DNA of 64,000 nucleotides, taken from the NCBI GenBank assembly GCA_027324805.1, contig DAHVRZ010000003.1, forward strand, positions 1,294-65,293. Reading direction: 5' to 3'. The stretch's first letter is position 1; each line of letters opens with the position of its first letter. The position numbers and the translations under genes were made by a program. The DNA is from Candidatus Parcubacteria bacterium (GTDB lineage Bacteria; Patescibacteriota; Minisyncoccia; UBA6257; 2-01-FULL-56-20). Positions 56,447 through 64,000 of the stretch are shown here, piece after piece. Under the pieces are notes generated by a model that saw nothing but the letters and a program-made list of their open reading frames with translations, ran no database searches and was not told the origin of the DNA.

Positions 56447-56908
56447 TTATACCTCCAAACGGAAGAACTTGTTCACGGTGATGTTCTCGCCAGTCTTTGC
56501 TATTACCTCACCGATAATATCCTTCACGGTTTTTGATTCATCCCGCACATATGGCTGGGCAAGGAGCTCATCCACGGTTTCGGGAGCGGCAGCCGCAATA
56601 TGCATCGCAAGGTCATGCGCCATGGCGCGGAACGGTTCGGAGCGGACAACAAAATCGGTTTCGGCCCGGATATCGAGGAGTACGCCGATACGCTCGTTGT
56701 GCACATACGATTCGACGAGACCTGCGCCCGCTTCGCGGCCGGCTCTCTTTTCCACCTTCTCGAGGCCCTTCTCGGCAATGATGGCCTTGGCGCGATCAAA
56801 ATCGCCTTCGGCATCAATGAGCGCCTTGCGGCAATCCATTACGCCGGCACCCGTCGCCTCGCGAAGTTTCTGCACCGCTTCCGCGGTAACTTTGTTCGTT
56901 TCCGCCAT
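56447..56908 (-). CDS. tsf: Elongation factor Ts (short form)
   Basis: LREATGAGVMDCRKAL, ETDFVVRS, MHIAA, LLAQPYVRD, GENI; follows rpsB. Confidence 0.94.
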   Translation of the reverse strand: MAETNKVTAEAVQKLREATGAGVMDCRKALIDAEGDFDRAKAIIAEKGLEKVEKRAGREAGAGLVESYVHNERIGVLLDIRAETDFVVRSEPFRAMAHDLAMHIAAAAPETVDELLAQPYVRDESKTVKDIIGEVIAKTGENITVNKFFRLEV

Positions 56909-56934
56909 GATGTTAAATTTTTAAAAATTGGTTC

Positions 56935-57744
56935 TTACTTTCCGGAATCCTTCGCTTCTTCCTTCGGGGCAGCATCTTTTGCGGCAGCCGCCTTGGCCGC
57001 GGCAGCAGCGCGGAGCTTCATGCCTTCTGCGACCGCGCCATCAATCTTGCCAAGGAACCACTCGATACTGAGTTTCGCCTTATCGTTTCCGGGCACGAGG
57101 TAATCGATCATATCCGGATCGACATCCACATTGGCGAACGAAACGACAGGGATCTTCTTGATCATCGCCTCGCGCACCGCGGTATCGTGCAGTACAGGAT
57201 CCACTACGATAAGGATATCCGGCTCGCGGGTCAGCATTTCAAGCCCTCCCATAAGCTCCTCGAGGCGCGCAAGGTCCTTTTCAAGCTCCAAGCGCTCCTT
57301 CTTCGTATATTTATCAAGTGCATGGGACGCTATGTCGGCGCGAAGCTTCTTCATATAATCGATCCGTTTGGCGATGTTGCGATAATTCGTTATCGTACCG
57401 CCGACCCAACGGGTCGTCACATACGGGAAGGCGTACTTCTTCGCGAGATCGGTGATCGCCTTGTCCGCGGCGGCGACCGCACCGACAAAAAGTACGAGTG
57501 CACCCGAGCCAACTTTCTCAGTCACGAATCCCGCGGCTTCCGCCACGGCATCTTCCGTCTTCTGTAGATTGATGATCTCGATGCCGCCACGGTTCGCGAG
57601 GACATACTGCTTCATCTTCGGATTCGTCTTATTTTTCTTGCGGCCATAGAAAACACCCGCGTCCATCATTTCGCGGGAAGCTTCCGTAGGATACGCCGCC
57701 TGAGGCGCCTCGGTCTGGGTGGGGGTGATTATCTCGTCTGCCAT
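56935..57744 (-). CDS. rpsB: 30S ribosomal protein S2
   Basis: MMDAGVFYG, NPKMKQY, RWVGGTITN, PGNDKA. Confidence 0.95.
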   Translation of the reverse strand: MADEIITPTQTEAPQAAYPTEASREMMDAGVFYGRKKNKTNPKMKQYVLANRGGIEIINLQKTEDAVAEAAGFVTEKVGSGALVLFVGAVAAADKAITDLAKKYAFPYVTTRWVGGTITNYRNIAKRIDYMKKLRADIASHALDKYTKKERLELEKDLARLEELMGGLEMLTREPDILIVVDPVLHDTAVREAMIKKIPVVSFANVDVDPDMIDYLVPGNDKAKLSIEWFLGKIDGAVAEGMKLRAAAAAKAAAAKDAAPKEEAKDSGK

Positions 57745-57809
57745 ACGAAGGACATTATAGCAGACGGTTAAGAATGGTCAAGCTGTGGAAATGCGGGTGG
57801 CTGAAAGGA

Positions 57810-58874
57810 TCAATGCGAAAGGAAAAAAATCACGAGCCCGAGGCCTACAAAAAGCGCCGAGATGATCCAAAAGCGCATCGTCACCTGGGATTCCGGCCAG
57901 CCAAGAGCTTCAAAGTGATGGTGTATCGGCGCCGATCGGAACACTTTTTTGCCGTGGCGAAGCTTCTTTGAGGCAACCTGGATGATGACCGACAGCGATT
58001 CCATAACAAGAATGACGGCGAAAAACGGCAGGAGGAGTGTCGTGTTTGTGAGCATTGCGATCGTACCGATCGTCACGCCGAGCGCCATCGAGCCGGTATC
58101 CCCCATGATGAATTTCGCCGGATAGATGTTGTACCAAAGGAATGCGAGGAGGGCACCGACCGTGACGCCGCCGAACGCGGCAAGGTTATAGAGATGAAGA
58201 TGGAACGCGACCGCGACAAGCGCAAGGAATGTGAAAAGCGATACACCGCCAAGGAGACCGTCGAGGCCGTCGGTCTCGTTGGCGCTGAAAGCGCTCGCAA
58301 AAATAATGAAAATGAAAAGCGGTAAATACCACCAGCCGATCGTCACGTCGCCGATGAACGGAATATCGAGGGTGTTCCAGCCAAGGCGGAAGTAGAACCA
58401 CCATGCGCCGATCGCAGCAGCGATGAGATACATGATCGATTTATGCCGCACTTTAAGGCCGCCGCCGTTCGCGCCGCCGATATGAAGGACCCCAAGCCAG
58501 TCATCGAGGAGGCCGAGAATCGCGGCAATGAGCATCGCGGCGATCGGCAAATAGGTTTCCCCGCGATCCACGAAACTGAAGTAATGCCACCATCCGTCGA
58601 AGATATGATTACCGATGTCAAAAATGAGCGCAAGACCGAGCACCGTAGACCAGACAATGACGCCGGCGCCCGTGATCGCCCCTTCCTTGTTCTTGTGGAG
58701 GCTTTGGAAGACCGGCGTGTCGTCGCCGTTGCGGAGCTGCTTCCCAAAATGGTAATGCCGAAGGAACTTCAGCCAAAGGGGAGTTACCGCGAGTGCCACA
58801 ACGAACGCGACGGCGGTAAGGATCGTTACGCGCTCCGCCTGCAGAAGAAGAAGTGAATGGAAGATGGGGGTCAT
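57810..58874 (-). CDS. mraY: Phospho-N-acetylmuramoyl-pentapeptide transferase
   Basis: GLLDD, NETDGLDGL, PAKFIMGDTGS, APIHHHFE. Confidence 0.95.
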   Translation of the reverse strand: MTPIFHSLLLLQAERVTILTAVAFVVALAVTPLWLKFLRHYHFGKQLRNGDDTPVFQSLHKNKEGAITGAGVIVWSTVLGLALIFDIGNHIFDGWWHYFSFVDRGETYLPIAAMLIAAILGLLDDWLGVLHIGGANGGGLKVRHKSIMYLIAAAIGAWWFYFRLGWNTLDIPFIGDVTIGWWYLPLFIFIIFASAFSANETDGLDGLLGGVSLFTFLALVAVAFHLHLYNLAAFGGVTVGALLAFLWYNIYPAKFIMGDTGSMALGVTIGTIAMLTNTTLLLPFFAVILVMESLSVIIQVASKKLRHGKKVFRSAPIHHHFEALGWPESQVTMRFWIISALFVGLGLVIFFLSH

Positions 58875-59926
58875 TTATAATTCATTGTAAACCAATCCAG
58901 GAGTTTTGTGGTATCGGAAAAACGTTCGGCGGTATCGCCGGCACCAAGGACGATGATGAGTACGGGCTTCCCGCCATAGCGAAACATTGAAAGCAAATTG
59001 TCGCGGGCCTCGGGAATATAGCCCGTTTTCCCGCCGATAAAGTTCGCATCTCCCGCGAACTGGTTGATGCTTCTCACATCAACATTGGTATTGTTTGCGA
59101 AATTCGTGATCACAATATCCGGGGTATCCGTGAATTGCAAAATGGTCGGATAGCTCTCATAGACATGTGTCGCAAGGATCGCGAGGTCGTGTGCCGTGGA
59201 TTCGTTCGCGGACGAAAGACCGGATGGGTCGTTGAAATAAGTATCCGTCATCCCCCACTCCGCGGCACGCTGGTTCATCGCCGCGAGGAACTGCGAACGG
59301 CCGTAATAATCGGCGAGTGCTTCGGCTGCGACATTGCTCGACGGCATGAGCATCACATGAAGCAGGTCATAGACGGTATAGGTTCCATCCACCACGAGAT
59401 GGCCCTCTTCGGGATCCACCGCCATCATCTGCGGCGTAATAGTGATCTTCGTATCCATGCTCAGATGATCAAGTACGACCGTGGCGGTCATAAGCTTGGT
59501 AAGCGAAGCGGTCGGCCATCGGACATTCTCGTTTATATCGGCAAGATCCACACCATTCGTAATATCGCGCACAAGGATCGCCTCGCGTTCAAAATTGGGT
59601 ACCGTGGTCGTTGCAATACGAGTAAACACTGAATCTGCGGTATTCGGTTCTCCGTAATAGGGCGCGGAAGGTGTCGCTGAAGTGGCTGAAGAGCCGTCCG
59701 TTCCGGCGGGGTCGGTACTCGCGAGTGCGGCGGGCGTACCGAGCGATGAAGAAGCCGAAGTGGGGCCGAGGACGAGATGCGGCGGAATCGTCCCTGTTGC
59801 AGTACCGGATGCATCACCGGTGCCGGAAGGTGTCGCTGAAAGACCTACATACCACATTCGCGCAACAAGGATCACTATTACGGCCGTAAATAAAAAAATG
59901 AATAATTGTGGTTTCTTTCCCCTCAT
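58871..59926 (-). CDS. D-alanyl-D-alanine carboxypeptidase (S11)
   Basis: ASLTK (SxxK), SSN (SxN), GGKTG; N-terminal TM and Ser/Thr linker. Confidence 0.88.
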   Translation of the reverse strand: MRGKKPQLFIFLFTAVIVILVARMWYVGLSATPSGTGDASGTATGTIPPHLVLGPTSASSSLGTPAALASTDPAGTDGSSATSATPSAPYYGEPNTADSVFTRIATTTVPNFEREAILVRDITNGVDLADINENVRWPTASLTKLMTATVVLDHLSMDTKITITPQMMAVDPEEGHLVVDGTYTVYDLLHVMLMPSSNVAAEALADYYGRSQFLAAMNQRAAEWGMTDTYFNDPSGLSSANESTAHDLAILATHVYESYPTILQFTDTPDIVITNFANNTNVDVRSINQFAGDANFIGGKTGYIPEARDNLLSMFRYGGKPVLIIVLGAGDTAERFSDTTKLLDWFTMNYK

Positions 59927-59948
59927 GACGATACGAAAATAAAAAATA

Positions 59949-60611
59949 TCACTCACGCGGTCCCCCGTTCTCAATGCGCACCTCCCCGCTCACCGGCTGC
60001 TTGTTTTCGGCCTGTCCACCCTCCATTTTCCCTTCTTCGTTTTGCCCGCCTGCCGTCTCGAAAACGGTGAGTAATTCCTGGAATTTGCCGTATTCCGGCA
60101 GTTCTCCTCCCTCCTTCACGCCGAGGTGCTTCATAAGTTCGAAGGTTGGACGATAAAGGAATGAAGAGGGGTGTTCGGAATCCGAGAAGCGTTCCACAAG
60201 CCCGCGAATGGCAAGGCTGCGCAAAATGACGCTCGAGTTCACGCCGCGCAGATATTCGAGCTTTGCGCGTGAAATCGGTCCGAGATATGTAACGATGGCA
60301 AGTGCCTCAAGCGACGCAGGCGAGAGATCCTCCGAAACCTCCTCCTTCACGAATGCCTCAAGGATGCTGTTGAATTCGGGTTTGGTGGTCAGCTGGATCT
60401 TCTCGCGGTCGGAGATAAGCTGGAGGCCGCGATCGTTGGAAGCCAATCTTCCTTCGAGTTCCGCGACAAGCGCATCAACATCCTCTTTTTTCTCGATGCC
60501 AAGCACCGCCTGGATCTTCTTGTAGGTCAGCGGTTCGCCATGGATGAAAAGCAGGGCTTCGAGCGCGGCGCGTTGATCGGATGTTCCTTTTTCCGTCGTG
60601 GATTCGCTCAT
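59949..60611 (-). CDS. scpB: Segregation and condensation protein B
   Basis: LEALLFIHGEP, LSPASLEALAIVTY.GPISRA..EYLRGVNS. Confidence 0.93.
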   Translation of the reverse strand: MSESTTEKGTSDQRAALEALLFIHGEPLTYKKIQAVLGIEKKEDVDALVAELEGRLASNDRGLQLISDREKIQLTTKPEFNSILEAFVKEEVSEDLSPASLEALAIVTYLGPISRAKLEYLRGVNSSVILRSLAIRGLVERFSDSEHPSSFLYRPTFELMKHLGVKEGGELPEYGKFQELLTVFETAGGQNEEGKMEGGQAENKQPVSGEVRIENGGPRE

Positions 60612-61399
60612 TTTTTCTTCACAAGTATATCAGAAAATGCATCCATTTGCTCGAGGAGTATGAGCTGTTCGCGCGCGAGATGCAGAAGCGCGAGAAAGAC
60701 GACGATGCGCTCGCCGCGCGACTTATCTCCCGAAAGGCTCCCAAAATGCATATCTCCTTCTTTCTGGATTCGGTCCAGCACCTCCGAGATCTTTTCCTCG
60801 AGCGTCACGATCCGTTCCCGTATCGTTTCCGTCTCGAGTTCGTAGGTCTTTATCGTTTCGAATATCTGCTCAAGTGCCGAAGCGAGCGCCGAGGCATCGA
60901 GATTCGATCCCGGATAGAAGATGGAGTGTTCGGCAAGGAGCGCGCTTTTGCCGGCAAGATACGGCCTGCTGTAGGAACGGTGGCTCTCGTGCCAGAGTTT
61001 GTTCAATGTCTTGAGCGCCGGCTTCAACTGCTGGTAGATCTGCAATCGCGCTTCGAGGTCTTTGATGTCCGCCTCTTCCTCTTCTGTGAGCTCGAGGCCG
61101 GGAAGGAGATATTTTGATTTCAAAAAGATCAGCTTGCTCGCCACGGCAACGAAGTCGGCGAGCAGGCGCAGGTCGGCGCGGAATGCGGTCGTATTTTTAT
61201 CGTCCGTTTTGCCCGATGCGTCGGATGTATCGATGGAAGCGATGCCGATCGCGCTCTTCAGGTCTTCCAGATAGCGCAAAAAACCATCCGTGACCTTTGC
61301 AAGGCTCACGGTGTTGATGTCCATCTTTTCCGCTTCGATCAGTTCGAGCAGTTTGTCGAGCGGTCCTTTGAATTCACCGATTTGGAGTTCGTATGCCAT
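60608..61399 (-). CDS. scpA: Segregation and condensation protein A
   Basis: FKGPLDKLLELI, KSKYLLP, FLALLHL...LEQ. Confidence 0.92.
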   Translation of the reverse strand: MAYELQIGEFKGPLDKLLELIEAEKMDINTVSLAKVTDGFLRYLEDLKSAIGIASIDTSDASGKTDDKNTTAFRADLRLLADFVAVASKLIFLKSKYLLPGLELTEEEEADIKDLEARLQIYQQLKPALKTLNKLWHESHRSYSRPYLAGKSALLAEHSIFYPGSNLDASALASALEQIFETIKTYELETETIRERIVTLEEKISEVLDRIQKEGDMHFGSLSGDKSRGERIVVFLALLHLAREQLILLEQMDAFSDILVKKK

Positions 61400-61465
61400 A
61401 ACTGCATTACCCAACCATCATAAAAGAAAAGGATATAAGGGGCAAACCGCGCCGGTGCGCAAATA

Positions 61466-61494
61466 TTGACTATTTTTTGTATAAAAGATATAAC
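61466..61494 (+). promoter_or_regulatory. sigma70 promoter of ORF 61515-61721
   Basis: TTGACT-17nt-TATAAC. Confidence 0.55.
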
Positions 61495-61514
61495 AATTCC
61501 GAAGGGAGATTTTC

Positions 61515-61721
61515 GTGGAACATTTCAATCACGTGAAGACGGTTGTCGTGGCGAACGTACGCGCGAGCAACGAAACAATGAGGACGGACGAGATCATTGT
61601 CGATCCGGTCGCAAATCCCGCCCTCGACGAAGACATCAAGAACGGCTGGCGGATCGTGAGCGTTTTCCCGTGCGTACTTCCGAATGCCGCGGCCATCATC
61701 GCGGTGCTTGGCAAGTGCTGA
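61515..61721 (+). CDS. Small hypothetical protein (ORFan cassette)
   Basis: GTG start after AAGGGAG; GWRIVSV motif; own promoter and terminator. Confidence 0.5.
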   Translation: MEHFNHVKTVVVANVRASNETMRTDEIIVDPVANPALDEDIKNGWRIVSVFPCVLPNAAAIIAVLGKC

Positions 61722-61740
61722 TCCGCCCTTTTTTTCGGTC

Positions 61741-61778
61741 CGGCGCCTCCTTATTATCATGGAGACGCCGTTTTCTTT
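61741..61778 (+). terminator. Terminator of ORF 61515-61721
   Basis: CGGCGCCTCC...GGAGACGCCG followed by TTTTCTTT. Confidence 0.55.
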
Positions 61779-61807
61779 ACCCGAACCTGCTGGTGTATAA
61801 TGGTCGC

Positions 61808-62947
61808 ATGGCACAAGCGCTTTACCGCAAATACCGCCCCAAACGGCTCGAGGACGTGCTCGGACAGGACACGAACGTCGAGATACTGAAGAACGCCGCG
61901 AAGGCCGGGCGGCTCGGTCATGCCTATATTTTTTACGGTGCCCGTGGAACGGGCAAGACGACAACCGCGCGGCTCATTGCAAAGCTCCTCAACTGCGAAA
62001 AGCGCCGGAAGGAGCCTGCGTTTGCCGCCGAGGGAGAGCCGTGCAATGAATGCCGCGAATGCCTCGCGATCGACGCGCAGAACTCGATGGATGTGATCGA
62101 GATCGACGCCGCATCGAACCGGGGCATTGATGAGATCCGCAACCTCAAAGAAAGCATCAAGACCTCTCCCGCTACGGGAGCGTACAAGGTCTATATCATC
62201 GACGAAGCGCACATGCTTACCGGCGCCGCGTTCAACGCCCTCCTGAAGACGCTTGAGGAGCCGCCGGCGCATGCGGTGATCATTATGGCGACGACTGAAT
62301 TCGAAAAGTTGCCGCCCACGATCACCTCGCGCGCCCAGCGGTTCACATTCCGCAAACAACCTAAGGCGGTTATTATGGCGAAGCTCAATACCATCGCCAA
62401 AGAGGAAAAGATAAAAATCGAGCCCGCCGCATTGGAGCTCATCGCCGCCATCGGCGAAGGCAGTTTCCGCGACGCCGAATCGCTCCTTGAACAGGTATCG
62501 TCATTCTCGGACGGCGGTGCGAAAACCGCGGCGATCACGCTCGCCGACACCGAACGCATCACTGGACGCACCGGCCTGCGGAAAGTGCACGCGTTTGCGG
62601 AACTCATGATCGCAAAGGATGCGAAGGGCGCGCTCGCCTATCTCGCGGAACTGAACGACGAAGGGCATAATATCGTTCAATTTACAAAGGACCTTATCCA
62701 TTATCTCCGCAAAACACTCTCGCTTGCGATCAATCCTTCGCTCGAACAGTCGTTCGAGAAGGACCTCACGAAGGATGAACTCGCAGCCATGCGAACGCTT
62801 GGTACCTCAACCAAAGATGGTGAAGGTGCGGATAGTGCAACGCTCGTAAAGCTCATCAAAGCCCTCATCCGCGCCTACGCCGAGATGCGCTACTCCCCCT
62901 TCGCCATCGTGCCTCTCGAAGTCATGCTCGTGGAGCAGCTCGCCTGA
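61808..62947 (+). CDS. dnaX: DNA polymerase III gamma/tau subunit (short form)
   Basis: ALYRKYRP, GARGTGKTT, PCNECREC, EIDAASN, IIDEAHML, LLKTLEEPP. Confidence 0.95.
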   Translation: MAQALYRKYRPKRLEDVLGQDTNVEILKNAAKAGRLGHAYIFYGARGTGKTTTARLIAKLLNCEKRRKEPAFAAEGEPCNECRECLAIDAQNSMDVIEIDAASNRGIDEIRNLKESIKTSPATGAYKVYIIDEAHMLTGAAFNALLKTLEEPPAHAVIIMATTEFEKLPPTITSRAQRFTFRKQPKAVIMAKLNTIAKEEKIKIEPAALELIAAIGEGSFRDAESLLEQVSSFSDGGAKTAAITLADTERITGRTGLRKVHAFAELMIAKDAKGALAYLAELNDEGHNIVQFTKDLIHYLRKTLSLAINPSLEQSFEKDLTKDELAAMRTLGTSTKDGEGADSATLVKLIKALIRAYAEMRYSPFAIVPLEVMLVEQLA

Positions 62948-63013
62948 ACGGCGAAGCGAACGGTTGAAAAATTCCCGAACCTCCGTATAATAAGGAGGTT
63001 CGTTTTATCCCCT

Positions 63014-63084
63014 TGCCGGGTCGTCTAATGGTAGGACTCCAGGTTCTGGCCCTGGGTATCTTGGTTCGAATCCAGGCCCGGCAG
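63014..63084 (+). tRNA. tRNA-Gln(CTG)
   Basis: TGCCGGG/CCCGGCA acceptor stem, CCAGG-TTCTGGC-CCTGG anticodon arm, GGTTCGAATCC; CCA not encoded. Confidence 0.95.
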
Positions 63085-63088
63085 CATA

Positions 63089-63117
63089 TTGACATAAATT
63101 ATTTATTGTATTATTAT
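63089..63117 (+). promoter_or_regulatory. sigma70 promoter of ORF 63176-63718
   Basis: TTGACA-17nt-TATTAT immediately after tRNA-Gln. Confidence 0.6.
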
Positions 63118-63175
63118 ATTTATGCCCCAGCACGGGCGCAAGCAACTTGAAATTTGAATTTTGGAAGGGAGAAGT

Positions 63176-63718
63176 ATGAGTGCAGAAACGCTGATCGCTT
63201 CGGCGGAGCAAAAACGGTACCCGCTTATCGAGGCAGGTCAATACGAGAGCGTCTATGAGTCCGCATATCGCGACCTTGAATCCTGCGTTAAAAGCAAAAA
63301 GGGATTCATCGCGAAGATTTTCTCATTCAATGATCTCTACACCATTGAAAAGAGGACATTCACCGACAAGATCATTCGCCGCAAAAAAGAAATCTTTGCT
63401 GGCGACATGATCGAGGTGATCCAAAAAAGGATTACGGAAGCCGGCTGGAAAGCGGCGACATTGGCTGAATTGATCGCTTACGAGGCCCATAATATCGATC
63501 AGCATACCTACCCCCTCTTCGCAATCGGCCTTTTCTATCGACACGGCTGGAGTTGCGGGGAACTCTCTCGAATACCCCCAACGACAGTGATCCCATTCAT
63601 TCGGAAAACGGAGACTGGGAATCGCCGGCTCGATGAATACATCGTGGCCAGTCCTTTCGGAGGCATTTCGAAACCCGACGATTTGCTGAGGCAAGGCTCC
63701 TTCCTTGCGGTACGCTGA
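63176..63718 (+). CDS. Hypothetical protein (ORFan cassette)
   Basis: ATG 63176 after GGAAGGGAGAAG; GWKAATLAELIAY...FLAVR. Confidence 0.6.
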   Translation: MSAETLIASAEQKRYPLIEAGQYESVYESAYRDLESCVKSKKGFIAKIFSFNDLYTIEKRTFTDKIIRRKKEIFAGDMIEVIQKRITEAGWKAATLAELIAYEAHNIDQHTYPLFAIGLFYRHGWSCGELSRIPPTTVIPFIRKTETGNRRLDEYIVASPFGGISKPDDLLRQGSFLAVR

Positions 63719-63734
63719 TCTCCGAGAGCAATTC

Positions 63735-63778
63735 AGGCGGTCCTACGTCAAACTATTCGTAGTGGCCGCCTTTTTCTT
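63735..63778 (+). terminator. Terminator of ORF 63176-63718
   Basis: AGGCGGTCCTACG...CGTAGTGGCCGCCT followed by a T run. Confidence 0.6.
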
Positions 63779-63881
63779 AATGCGGTTCGAACATCGTCTA
63801 AGCCGGCAGCACTCTCGATATAAAAAGAGGAGCGCAATAAACATTGCGCCCCTCGGATGATGAGCGGAAAACTATCTCGGC

Positions 63882-63998
63882 TTATGGGAACGGTACCAGA
63901 TCGGGAGGGATATCCTTCACGCCAATACCTTTTGCTTTGGCATATCCCTTCATCCACTGAACGTTAAGGGATGCGTCCGAATCGGGCATGATCCGAAG
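63882..63998 (-). CDS. Possible 3' end of a CDS entering from the right edge
   Basis: Open frame LRIMPDSDASLNVQWMKGYAKAKGIGVKDIPPDLVPFP*. Confidence 0.35.
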   Translation of the reverse strand, partial: LRIMPDSDASLNVQWMKGYAKAKGIGVKDIPPDLVPFP

Positions 63999-64000
63999 TT

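Noticed and set aside
1..64000. Alternative genetic code (TGA=Gly, code 25)
   Set aside because: Conserved genes end at TGA at expected positions (ftsW, murC, Cys-rich copies) and no core gene is interrupted by an in-frame TGA

Overview
Bacterial genome window (genetic code 11) whose content and style fit a Patescibacteria/CPR Parcubacteria-like organism (inference from gene content: short EF-Ts and DnaX, homodimeric GlyRS, pilin-LamG proteins, leaderless genes). Core genes: secDF, trmD, split comEC, ftsW, murG, gltX, murC, two ABC transporters, pepA, rseP, frr, holB, mreB, murA, glyQS, recO, tsf, rpsB, mraY, a DD-carboxypeptidase, scpAB, dnaX, tRNA-Tyr and tRNA-Gln. The most striking region is 4459-20105. 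There a membrane protein, a membrane-anchored HEPN-like (RxxxxH) protein and a HerA/VirD4-like ATPase precede five tandem ~570-600 aa Cys-rich paralogs, and a second ATPase paralog follows. That second ATPase carries the same CxxC-x17-CxxC zinc ribbon found at both ends of the Cys-rich proteins. A second pattern is two expression grammars: many core genes look leaderless (-10 box 6-9 nt before ATG), whereas six ORFans are self-contained cassettes with a -35/-10 promoter, Shine-Dalgarno site and terminator. Also notable: catalytically degenerate ComEC and amidohydrolase, a tandem pilin-LamG pair, and an orphan pilin leader remnant. No CRISPR array, rRNA, integrase or transposase was seen.
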